Shown here one piece after another: positions 1 through 7,631 of a stretch of DNA of 48,993 nucleotides. The notes under the pieces were generated by a model. The model did no database searches and was not told the origin of the DNA. It saw only the letters and a list, made by a program, of their open reading frames with translations. The first letter of the stretch is position 1, and each line of letters starts with the position of its first letter. This stretch comes from Victivallis vadensis (GTDB lineage: Bacteria > Verrucomicrobiota > Lentisphaeria > Victivallales > GWF2-50-93). The stretch is from contig DYRX01000001.1 in the NCBI GenBank assembly GCA_020718525.1, forward strand, positions 1 through 48,993, given 5' to 3'. Made by a program: the position numbers and the translations under genes.

Positions 1-1
1 T

Positions 2-1423
2 TTTTTCAAAGGAAGCTATAGCGAGATCTATCGCCTTTATGTTGACGTCAATCAGGTTTTTCTTGTGTATTGAGAAAGGTATCAGATGCTTGAGGGTTTC
101 TATGGAGAATGCTCCGGTGACGAGGGCGAAGACGGCGAGCATCATGACCGACGCGGTCGCAGTCGAACCGAGCTCGTTGGCGAGCTGGGTCGCCGGAAAA
201 AACACGGTTTTAATATCGCTTCGGCCTGGTTTGACATGCACCAGGGACGAGTTTACAAAGATCGTGCCTCCGGGAATGACAGAATCCTGGAAGCTCATCA
301 GAGAAGGCTGGTTCATCGCGATCAGAACGGCAGGTTCCGAGACGACCGGATTGCCGATTTTTTTCTTTGACATGATCACGCTTGCGTTTGCGGTGCCTCC
401 CCTCATCTCCGCGCCATATGAGGGAATCCAAGTAGCATTGAGCCCTTCAAAGACGGCGCAGTTGGCGGAAAGTATGCCCGCGGACATGATGCCTTGCCCC
501 CCGAATCCGGCTATTTTAATCAGCAGATCGTTTTCGAGCTTCGAGACTGGAGCTGGCGTCATCGGGGCGATTTCGGGCGGCGACACTATCTTGAAAAGCT
601 CTTCGCCGCTTTTTCCAAGATTCAGCGAATACGGATAGGGGGCGATTTCGGATGCCATATCCCGGAAGAGCTTGACAGGAAAAACCTTTTCCATCTCCTC
701 CTTCATCCATTTTGACGCCTCGATCGGAGTCATTTTCCAGTTGACCGGACATGGCGACAGAATCTCCACAAAGCTGAAGCCTTTTCTCTCGTTCTGATAT
801 TTGAGAGACTTTCTAATCGCGGAGCGAGCTTTCATGACGCCTGCGGGACCGCTGAGTGAAACGCGCTCCACATAGACGGGAGTCTTCAGCGAATCCATGA
901 CCTCCGCCATGCCGATAGGCCTGCCCTCCCGCTCGAGGGATCTGCCCGACGGAGTTGTCATCGTCTTTTGGCCGAGCAGAGTGGTAGGAGCCATCTGGCC
1001 TCCGGTCATTCCGTAAACAGCGTTGTTTATGAAAAAGACGCTTACAAGTTCTCCTCTGTTGGCGGCGTGCATGATTGCGCCCATGCCAATTCCGGCGAGA
1101 TCTCCGTCCCCTTGGTACGATATGACAATCGCATCCTCGCGAGTCCTTTTCAGGCCGGTGGCTACCGCCGGGGCGCGTCCGTGGGCGCATTCAATGTTGC
1201 CATAATCAAAGTAGTGATAGGCAAAGACACTGCATCCGACAGGCGAGCAAAAGATGACTCTGTCGTTTAGTCCCAGATCGGTGGTGGCTTCGGCTATGAG
1301 CTTGTGGGCGACGCCGTGTCCACAGCCCGGACAATAATGGGTTATTTTTTCGCCTTCGCCTTTCCTTGTGAAGACATCGTAGAAGGCCGCAGGCTTGGAA
1401 TGCGTCAAATGCTCTTTTTTCAT
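2..1423 (-). CDS. 2-oxoacid:ferredoxin oxidoreductase beta (TPP-binding) subunit fused in frame to the gamma subunit; 3' end leaves the window
   Basis: Not in the ORF track because it is open at the window edge. Hand translation from ATG 1423 gives MKKEHLTHSKPAAFYDVF..THYCPGCGHGVAHKL (beta-subunit CPGCGH motif)..FVEILSPCPVNWKM. A roughly 45-aa linker follows, then ..LLIKIAGFGGQGIMSAG.. (gamma GxGGQG), with no stop down to position 2. ATGA start/stop overlap with the alpha subunit (1420-1423). Confidence 0.8.
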   Translation of the reverse strand, partial: MKKEHLTHSKPAAFYDVFTRKGEGEKITHYCPGCGHGVAHKLIAEATTDLGLNDRVIFCSPVGCSVFAYHYFDYGNIECAHGRAPAVATGLKRTREDAIVISYQGDGDLAGIGMGAIMHAANRGELVSVFFINNAVYGMTGGQMAPTTLLGQKTMTTPSGRSLEREGRPIGMAEVMDSLKTPVYVERVSLSGPAGVMKARSAIRKSLKYQNERKGFSFVEILSPCPVNWKMTPIEASKWMKEEMEKVFPVKLFRDMASEIAPYPYSLNLGKSGEELFKIVSPPEIAPMTPAPVSKLENDLLIKIAGFGGQGIMSAGILSANCAVFEGLNATWIPSYGAEMRGGTANASVIMSKKKIGNPVVSEPAVLIAMNQPSLMSFQDSVIPGGTIFVNSSLVHVKPGRSDIKTVFFPATQLANELGSTATASVMMLAVFALVTGAFSIETLKHLIPFSIHKKNLIDVNIKAIDLAIASFEK

Positions 1424-2478
1424 GGTTTCCCGAGCTCCTTGCAAAGCCTCTCGATTACATCCTTAGTCGAAGGCACCTTTCCTCCCATCCAGTTGAAAAG
1501 GCTAGTCCGCGCCTGACTGCGCATGACGGCGAGCCGCACGTCCTTGTGCATCTGTCCGTTGCTCAGCTCGACTGTTATGACTCTCTTGGCGTTTTTCGCG
1601 CGGGCTCCTATTGCTTTCTCCGGGAATGGAGAAAGGATTTTCGGCCGGATCAGACCTGCTTTTATCCCTTCGGCTCTGAGCTCCTGGACGGCGGTGTAGC
1701 AGATTCTCGCGCTTATGCCGTATGCGACGAAAAGGATTTCGGCATCCTCTGTGAAGGTTTCTTCCACATCTTCAAGGACTTCTGCGAGATCCTTGAATTT
1801 CTGATCCAGACGCATGTTGATGGCTTCAAGCTGATCGGCATTCATGAAGATTGAAGTGACAAGATTTTTGCGGCTTGCCGCGTCTCCGTAGAGAGCCCAG
1901 TCATGATGTCTCGATCTGAAGATCTCCTTGGGCAGGGAGACCGGCTCCATCATCTGCCCCACATAGGCGTCGGAAAGTATGAAGACAGGAGTCCTGTGCT
2001 CGTCCGCCAGCTCGAAGGCTCTGTAGGTGAAATCGCACATTTCCTGAGCCGAGTTTGGCGCCAGAACTATGCATTTGTAGTTTCCATGGGCTCCGGCTGT
2101 CACCACGGTGTCGTAGTCTCCCTGCTCCGGCCATATATTGCCGAGCCCAGGCCCCGCCCTCTGTATGTCAACAATCACGCAGGGAAGCTCGCATGCGGCA
2201 ATGTAGGAAATTCCCTCGGCCATGAGGCTTATGCCAGGTCCTGACGAGGCGGTCATGACGCGCGCTCCGGCCGCGGCGGCTCCGTAGAGCATGTTGATCG
2301 CGTTCACCTCGCATTCAGCCTGCAGAAAAAATCCGCCGGATTCCGGAAAAAGCTCAGCCGCAAGATGCGCTATTTCGCTGGCCGGAGTGATGGGATATCC
2401 AAAAAAATGCGTGGCCCCGCCAAGAAGAGCGCCACGGACGACCGCGTCGTTGCCCTTCATCAAGTGCTTGTCCTTCAT
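1420..2478 (-). CDS. 2-oxoacid:ferredoxin oxidoreductase alpha subunit (KorA/PorA/OorA-like)
   Basis: 352 aa. Carries GYPITPASEI and SSGPGISLM motifs typical of the alpha subunit. ATG at 2478, with 4-nt ATGA overlaps to both neighbours. Confidence 0.9.
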   Translation of the reverse strand: MKDKHLMKGNDAVVRGALLGGATHFFGYPITPASEIAHLAAELFPESGGFFLQAECEVNAINMLYGAAAAGARVMTASSGPGISLMAEGISYIAACELPCVIVDIQRAGPGLGNIWPEQGDYDTVVTAGAHGNYKCIVLAPNSAQEMCDFTYRAFELADEHRTPVFILSDAYVGQMMEPVSLPKEIFRSRHHDWALYGDAASRKNLVTSIFMNADQLEAINMRLDQKFKDLAEVLEDVEETFTEDAEILFVAYGISARICYTAVQELRAEGIKAGLIRPKILSPFPEKAIGARAKNAKRVITVELSNGQMHKDVRLAVMRSQARTSLFNWMGGKVPSTKDVIERLCKELGKP

Positions 2479-2708
2479 GAGCTTTCGCCCTCTTCTTTTT
2501 CATTGATTACGCATATCGCGCCGGGCTCAGGGCAGACATAGAAGCAGAGTCCGCATCCGACACAGCGGCCTTCTCCCTCGAAAACTGCATAGTTGTATCC
2601 GAGGACATTGATTTCCCTCGCCATTGCTATGCATGACTTCGGACATGCCGCCTTGCAGTATCCGCATCCTTTGCATTGGGAAGGATCTATTTTAACTTTT
2701 TTCGACAT
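2475..2708 (-). CDS. 2x[4Fe-4S] ferredoxin-type delta subunit of the 2-oxoacid oxidoreductase
   Basis: Two CxxCxxCxxxCP motifs (CKGCGYCKAACP, CVGCGLCFYVCP). The track ORF begins at a TTG (2723); the ATG at 2708 (MSKKVKID) is preferred. Gene order delta-alpha-beta-gamma resembles Oor-type operons. Confidence 0.8.
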   Translation of the reverse strand: MSKKVKIDPSQCKGCGYCKAACPKSCIAMAREINVLGYNYAVFEGEGRCVGCGLCFYVCPEPGAICVINEKEEGESS

Positions 2709-2889
2709 TTCCTGCCGCTCCAAATTCTATTCCAGCCGCCGCTCCAATTTTCTCAGACACCCGTTCCAGACGGACAGAGAGGCATTCTGGTGCATATGAA
2801 ACTAAATCGTTTCGTGAGAAAATCAAGTTCAAAATCATATTTCCTGATGCGGCATAGACAACAGCAATCTCCACGAATCAGGAATTCTG

Positions 2890-2913
2890 AAAGAGACAAG
2901 AACTTGTCCTCTC
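2890..2913 (-). terminator. weak stem-loop downstream of the UROD-like gene
   Basis: Minus strand reads GAGAGGACAAG-TT-CTTGTCTC followed only by TTTC. The stem has one bulge and the U-tract is short. Confidence 0.3.
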
Positions 2914-2964
2914 ACAAAGGCGCAAAGGCACAAGGTTTTCACCCAGGAACGCTGAGCTCCTGCC

Positions 2965-4167
2965 TCAGTGTGATCCGTATTTGTCCAGCGCCTCAAACAT
3001 TGCGGAAATGTTTTCAGGGCTGACATCGGGCTGGATGTTGTGCACCTGGCAGAAGACAAATCCCCCGCCTGGCGATAGGATGTCCAGGTTTCTCTTCACC
3101 GCTTCGGCGACTTCCGCTGGAGATTTCACGTTGAGAACTGTCTGCGTGTCAACCCCGCCGCCCCAAAACGAAATGTCCTTTCCAAAATCACGCTTGAGCT
3201 CTTTCAAGTCCATCCCCTTGGCGCTGAGCTGAACCGGATTGATCGCGTCAACACCAATTTCAATCAGGTCCGGGATAAATTCCCGCATTGCTCCGCATGA
3301 ATGGAAGAGAATCGGTTTTCCAAAAGACTTTTTTACATGGCGGAACAATTCCGATTGATATGGCTTGATCTTGTCCTTGTACAGGGATGGTGAAAGCATT
3401 GGTCCGTTCTGAGTGCCAAGATCGTCGTTGAGCAAAACAATATCCACTGCATCTTTCAGAAGCGGTGCAAGAGAATCCACTCTACGGAAATAGCCTTCCA
3501 TCAGGATCTCGAGCAGAGTCTTTGTCATCAGGTCGTCCGAAATCAGGTCCACCATGAACTGCTCGTATCCGCGCAGGAGCTGTCCTGCCGCCAGGATATG
3601 ACAGCAGAGGTTGAATACAACGCAGTCTCCGTCCGCATGCATCGCTTCCGCCCGCTTCCGGAGGCTTTCTAGCGGCTCGTCGGCGAAAGAAGGATAGTCG
3701 AATCCATAAATTGCCTCTTTATACTGCCAGATCTCTTTCGGATCTTCAATATGCTGAAGAGGCGGATTGATCGGATCAAAATAATAACCGCCTCTTGGCC
3801 GGCGCGCAACAGGAAGCCCGTCTGCCCGGCGCACTACGGTGTCTCCGGCATCATCCGTTTCTTCATTCCAGCCAGCAGGCAGAAGCACATCGAAGCCAAG
3901 AGGATGAGTTCCTTCAATCCAGGATCTCGGTTCCGGCGTCAGGTTGGCTGTGTCAATCCTGAATCTGGCCTTGAGCTCGCCTCCAGGATATGCCACGTAT
4001 TGATAGGGCTCGAAGATCTTCAGTCTTGATGAAATGTTCAATTTTCTCTGCAGGCTTGCAAGCGCAGGGGCTGTAATTCCTGACGACTCAGTGCCTCCAA
4101 GATCGCGTGGAATCCTGTCGGACTCCTGATGCTTCAGCGCCATTAAAACTCTTTCCCTGGAATTCAT
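2965..4167 (-). CDS. uroporphyrinogen decarboxylase (URO-D) family protein, MtaA/CmuA-like, not canonical HemE
   Basis: The track ORF 2965..4494 has a 109-aa N-terminal extension overlapping the upstream gene. The internal ATG at 4167 (MNSRERVLMALKHQESDRIP, a typical URO-D-family N-terminus) forms an ATGA overlap with the upstream stop. It lacks the HemE PVWxMRQAGR motif. Confidence 0.75.
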   Translation of the reverse strand: MNSRERVLMALKHQESDRIPRDLGGTESSGITAPALASLQRKLNISSRLKIFEPYQYVAYPGGELKARFRIDTANLTPEPRSWIEGTHPLGFDVLLPAGWNEETDDAGDTVVRRADGLPVARRPRGGYYFDPINPPLQHIEDPKEIWQYKEAIYGFDYPSFADEPLESLRKRAEAMHADGDCVVFNLCCHILAAGQLLRGYEQFMVDLISDDLMTKTLLEILMEGYFRRVDSLAPLLKDAVDIVLLNDDLGTQNGPMLSPSLYKDKIKPYQSELFRHVKKSFGKPILFHSCGAMREFIPDLIEIGVDAINPVQLSAKGMDLKELKRDFGKDISFWGGGVDTQTVLNVKSPAEVAEAVKRNLDILSPGGGFVFCQVHNIQPDVSPENISAMFEALDKYGSH

Positions 4168-5129
4168 TGCCTTTCCTTTCGTGGAGAAATTTGCCCGGAT
4201 CTGCTCCTGCGCTCCAGATCCAGCCACCTGCGATGAGCCCACATCCATTGCTCCGGAACCCGCGCAATGATGCGTTCGAGCGCCGCCGTGTATGCCTGAG
4301 TCAGACATTTGATGTCCTCGTCCCTGTCGCCAGAGGCTTTTCTGACAATCACTTCCTCTACTATGAACTCGAAATTGAAGTCCTCGCTGGTCCTGATCAG
4401 CCCCCCCACGAGAATAGGTATTCCAGTCTTCAGATGGAGCCCGGCCGGAGCAATATGGCTCCTTGCCGGATGGCCGAAAAAGACTGTCTCGCATCCTTCA
4501 CTTGTCGAGGCGTGCTGATCCGAAACGAAACAGACGCTTTTCCCCTTTTTGACGGCGTCAACCAATGCCCTCATCGCGCCTTTCTTGTGGACTACGCTGT
4601 GCCTCGAGCTTATTCTGTCGTTTTCAAGCACCTTGCCTATCATCGGGTTGTCGAATGGTCTCATTATGGTGAGCATCTCCCTGCCGGAAAGCATTGTATA
4701 GGCGGTGCCGGCAACCTCCCAGTTGCCAAAGTGCCCTGTGATGACGATGAGCTGTTCAGAAGGCTTTCCATCTCCGCCGAAGGCGCTCGCAACAAAATCC
4801 GGTCTCCCGCTTGTTGATATTTTCGAGCGGATATTGTCCCTGCCGACGAATTGGCTGAACTTGACAATTTCTACAAAAAGCATTGCGAAATGCGCAAAGT
4901 TCCTCTTTGCCATGCTTTTCGCCTCGTCTTCATTCTTGGCGACTCCTGCGTGCAGAAGATTCCGGATAATCCTTCTTCTGTGCACAAAATCTGCGAAATA
5001 CGCAATTCTGGCAATGCATTTCGCGATGAGATACGAAATGCGGAGCGAGAGGGATCTCAAAATAATTCTTGCCAGAGCGAAGAACGAATATTCAATGACG
5101 ATCTGAATGCGGCTTTTCCCGTGCTTCAT
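4164..5129 (-). CDS. LpxL/HtrB-type lipid A (lysophospholipid) acyltransferase family protein
   Basis: 321 aa with an N-terminal membrane anchor and an HX4D/E acyltransferase motif (GHFGNWE). ATGA overlaps at both ends. Confidence 0.7.
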   Translation of the reverse strand: MKHGKSRIQIVIEYSFFALARIILRSLSLRISYLIAKCIARIAYFADFVHRRRIIRNLLHAGVAKNEDEAKSMAKRNFAHFAMLFVEIVKFSQFVGRDNIRSKISTSGRPDFVASAFGGDGKPSEQLIVITGHFGNWEVAGTAYTMLSGREMLTIMRPFDNPMIGKVLENDRISSRHSVVHKKGAMRALVDAVKKGKSVCFVSDQHASTSEGCETVFFGHPARSHIAPAGLHLKTGIPILVGGLIRTSEDFNFEFIVEEVIVRKASGDRDEDIKCLTQAYTAALERIIARVPEQWMWAHRRWLDLERRSRSGQISPRKERQ

Positions 5130-6622
5130 GGCTCTGTTCCAGCTCCTGGAAGAGTCTTCTCATGAACCTGGGACTCCTGGATCTTCGCGTTTGCAGATTT
5201 GCCAGCAGGCATGAATGGAGTCATGGCGCTCAGCATGAGCCAGGCGCCAATCAGCGCAATCAGCGACGAGAGGAAGCCAAGCTTGAGCCAGTAGAAAAAA
5301 CTTACATGCAGGTGAGACTTGCGCTCAAGCATACCAAGGGCGACTATGTTCGCGGTGCTTCCAATCATGGTTATGTTTCCACCAAAGCACGCGCCAAAAA
5401 GCAGAGCCCACCACAAAGGAAAGACATTGACAGACTTCGAGAGCTCCTCGATGACCGGACAGAACGCCGCGACAAAGATCACGTTGTCAACAAACGCCGA
5501 GCCAAGAGCCGAAATTGACAGAATCATCGGGACCAGAGTGTTCAAATCATGTCCGCAGACCTTCGAAAAACCATGCGCCATGACTCTGGTGACGCCAGTA
5601 TGCTCCAGCGTTCCTGCGACGGCAAAAAGGAGCATGAAGAAAAGAAGCGTCCACCAGTCAACCTCGTGCTCGACATAATGCCTTGCCCTGTCTCTTTTTA
5701 TGATCATGATGACTCCCGCGCAGACAAGCGGGGCGATAAGAAGGATGCTGTTGGTGTCCAGCCCCAGACGGCTTTCGATCTGATGGTGCGAGGCGATGAA
5801 TGCGATAGTGAGAAGAAGCAGTGCAAGCCCCTGGCGGTAAGGGACCTGGACTTTTGGAGCAAGCCCGAGATCACGGGAGAGCCTGTCCTTGAGCCTGCGG
5901 TCGAATTCGTCGAGATCCTTTCTGAAGTAGAAAAAGCAGAAAAGCTCCGTTAGAAAAAGGCAGACCAGCATGCATGGAAACGCCCAGATCATGAAATCCT
6001 CGAAGGTCAAATGCGCCTTTGTCCCTATGTAGATGCCGACCGGATTGCCCATCATGGTGCCGGCGCTTCCAACGTTTGTTGCCAAGACCGCCATGATGAC
6101 ATAGGGGGCTGGGCTGAGCTTGAGCCTGTCGCAGACCTGGAAGATGAGAGTAGAAACAAATATGATCGAGGTGACTTCATCAACCGCACAGGCGAGAAGC
6201 GCAGAAGCGGTCGCAGTCGCCGCCATGAAGCGCCTCGCGCTTATATTGGGCATTGACACTATGAGCTGGACGACCCAGGTGAAGAAACCAAGATCCCGCA
6301 GTGCGCCAACGATGATCATCATCCCGACAAGAAAGAGTATCACCTCGAGCGCGGCGGACTGGACAAATGACGGGATGCTGAGCGAATGCGAGCAGATCAG
6401 CACGGCAAGCCCGATGAAGGCGATGGCAAGACGGAAGTTCCAGAAAAAAAGCGTGCCCAGAATAATTCCGACAAAGACGCCGGAAGCCACTGACTGAAGC
6501 GGGTCAAAGACGTAGATGCGCCCCAGAATTCCGACGGAGAGGCTGAGGAGGAGAAGGATGCCGAGCCTCTTGATCAGCGACGAGATTCCTATGTCAGAAC
6601 TGCTTTCCGCCGTTTCACTCAT
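5126..6622 (-). CDS. ArsB/NhaD (SLC13/CitMHS-like) anion/ion permease
   Basis: 498 aa and polytopic. Repeated GxxxTxIGSxANIV-type segments (GGNITMIGSTANIVALG, SAGTMMGNPVGIYIG) are typical of this permease superfamily. Confidence 0.7.
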   Translation of the reverse strand: MSETAESSSDIGISSLIKRLGILLLLSLSVGILGRIYVFDPLQSVASGVFVGIILGTLFFWNFRLAIAFIGLAVLICSHSLSIPSFVQSAALEVILFLVGMMIIVGALRDLGFFTWVVQLIVSMPNISARRFMAATATASALLACAVDEVTSIIFVSTLIFQVCDRLKLSPAPYVIMAVLATNVGSAGTMMGNPVGIYIGTKAHLTFEDFMIWAFPCMLVCLFLTELFCFFYFRKDLDEFDRRLKDRLSRDLGLAPKVQVPYRQGLALLLLTIAFIASHHQIESRLGLDTNSILLIAPLVCAGVIMIIKRDRARHYVEHEVDWWTLLFFMLLFAVAGTLEHTGVTRVMAHGFSKVCGHDLNTLVPMILSISALGSAFVDNVIFVAAFCPVIEELSKSVNVFPLWWALLFGACFGGNITMIGSTANIVALGMLERKSHLHVSFFYWLKLGFLSSLIALIGAWLMLSAMTPFMPAGKSANAKIQESQVHEKTLPGAGTEP

Positions 6623-6629
6623 CAGCGTT

Positions 6630-7565
6630 TCACTCCCAGAATATTTGCGAGAAGAAGGAGGACAATTCTATGGTGCCTGCGAATTTCCCACTTTTGAGTA
6701 CGATGATCTGGCGGATTTTCTGCATAAGAAAAATCTTCGCCACCTGAATGGCGGGCAAATCGCCTTCGACTGCCACGTAGTCGTCTCTCATGATGTCTGC
6801 AAGCTTTGTCTCAGAGTCTTTTTTCAGAAGCTCTGCAAATGGCTGGAAGCGCAGTATGGGGGAGAGATCCTCCATCCAAAGAAGGTGCTCGGGCAGGCTA
6901 GCCTTGAGGATGTCCTCGATGGAGATCTGGCCCCTGACATCTCCATCGGAATCTACGATTGGAATGTCCATCGTCTTCCGCGTCGCAAAAGTCTCTATCA
7001 AAGTCTTAAGGCTGTCCCCCTCCTCGAGAACCGGATTTTTTTTCGACGCGAGATCCATCGCCGTGATGTAGTCGGGGACCGCCTCGCTGTACTTGGAAAG
7101 CAGAGCAAGCAGTTCGGAGGGAGACTTCGCTTCAGAGATCCGTTGAAGATCTGAATCGTTCTTGAACTCCTTCGCCAGCGCCGATATGACCTTGAGATGC
7201 GCCGCCGGATCCTGCTTCGGGCTTATCACAAGAACCACAATATTGACTGGTGGCATGCTGGACGCATTGAAATCAATGCCCCTCGGAGAAGTGCCCAACG
7301 CGACGGAAACCGTTTTCAAACCGTCGAATCTCGCATGGGGAACCGCCAGTCCTTTTGCAATGACCGTCGGCATAAGATCTTCGCGGGTCATTACTGCGGC
7401 GGCAATTTCTTCAGGGCTTATTCCAGGGACAGTTCTGGAAAGAGACGTCGCAAGTTCGAGCACCGCGCCACGGCTTGTCGCCGACGAGAGTCCGCATACA
7501 ATGTTCGCCTCGGCAATGTAGTCAATGAAATGAAGCTCGGGCGCCTTGCTTTTCTGCATTTGCAT
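6630..7565 (-). CDS. PTS EIIA(Ntr/Fru)-type domain fused to a CBS-domain pair (regulatory protein)
   Basis: The N-terminal 150 aa carry the EIIA-2 phospho-His region (KGLAVPHARF). The C-terminal half has two CBS-like repeats (IPIVDSDGDVRGQISIEDIL; IIVLKSGKFAGTIELSSF). The gene lies 7 nt upstream of the permease. Confidence 0.7.
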   Translation of the reverse strand: MQMQKSKAPELHFIDYIAEANIVCGLSSATSRGAVLELATSLSRTVPGISPEEIAAAVMTREDLMPTVIAKGLAVPHARFDGLKTVSVALGTSPRGIDFNASSMPPVNIVVLVISPKQDPAAHLKVISALAKEFKNDSDLQRISEAKSPSELLALLSKYSEAVPDYITAMDLASKKNPVLEEGDSLKTLIETFATRKTMDIPIVDSDGDVRGQISIEDILKASLPEHLLWMEDLSPILRFQPFAELLKKDSETKLADIMRDDYVAVEGDLPAIQVAKIFLMQKIRQIIVLKSGKFAGTIELSSFFSQIFWE

Positions 7566-7631
7566 CAGTTTTTCCCTTAGAATCGCATTATGTGAATATT
7601 CCCCAAGCCTGTAGCTTGAGGATTTTCTCTG

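Noticed and set aside
2709-2748. Direct repeat TTGGAGCGGC(N)GGAA x2 immediately upstream of the ferredoxin-subunit ATG
   Set aside because: Most simply explained as a duplicated SD-like stretch. There is no palindromic character and nothing else to suggest a regulatory role, so interest is low without comparative data.
4168-4494. N-terminal 109-aa extension of the track ORF 2965..4494 (MRDSLFRPSGKEPYCSG...)
   Set aside because: It overlaps the 3' part of the acyltransferase gene in another frame. It is Arg/Gly/Ser-rich with no family signal. The internal ATG at 4167 gives a typical URO-D-family N-terminus and an ATGA stop/start overlap.
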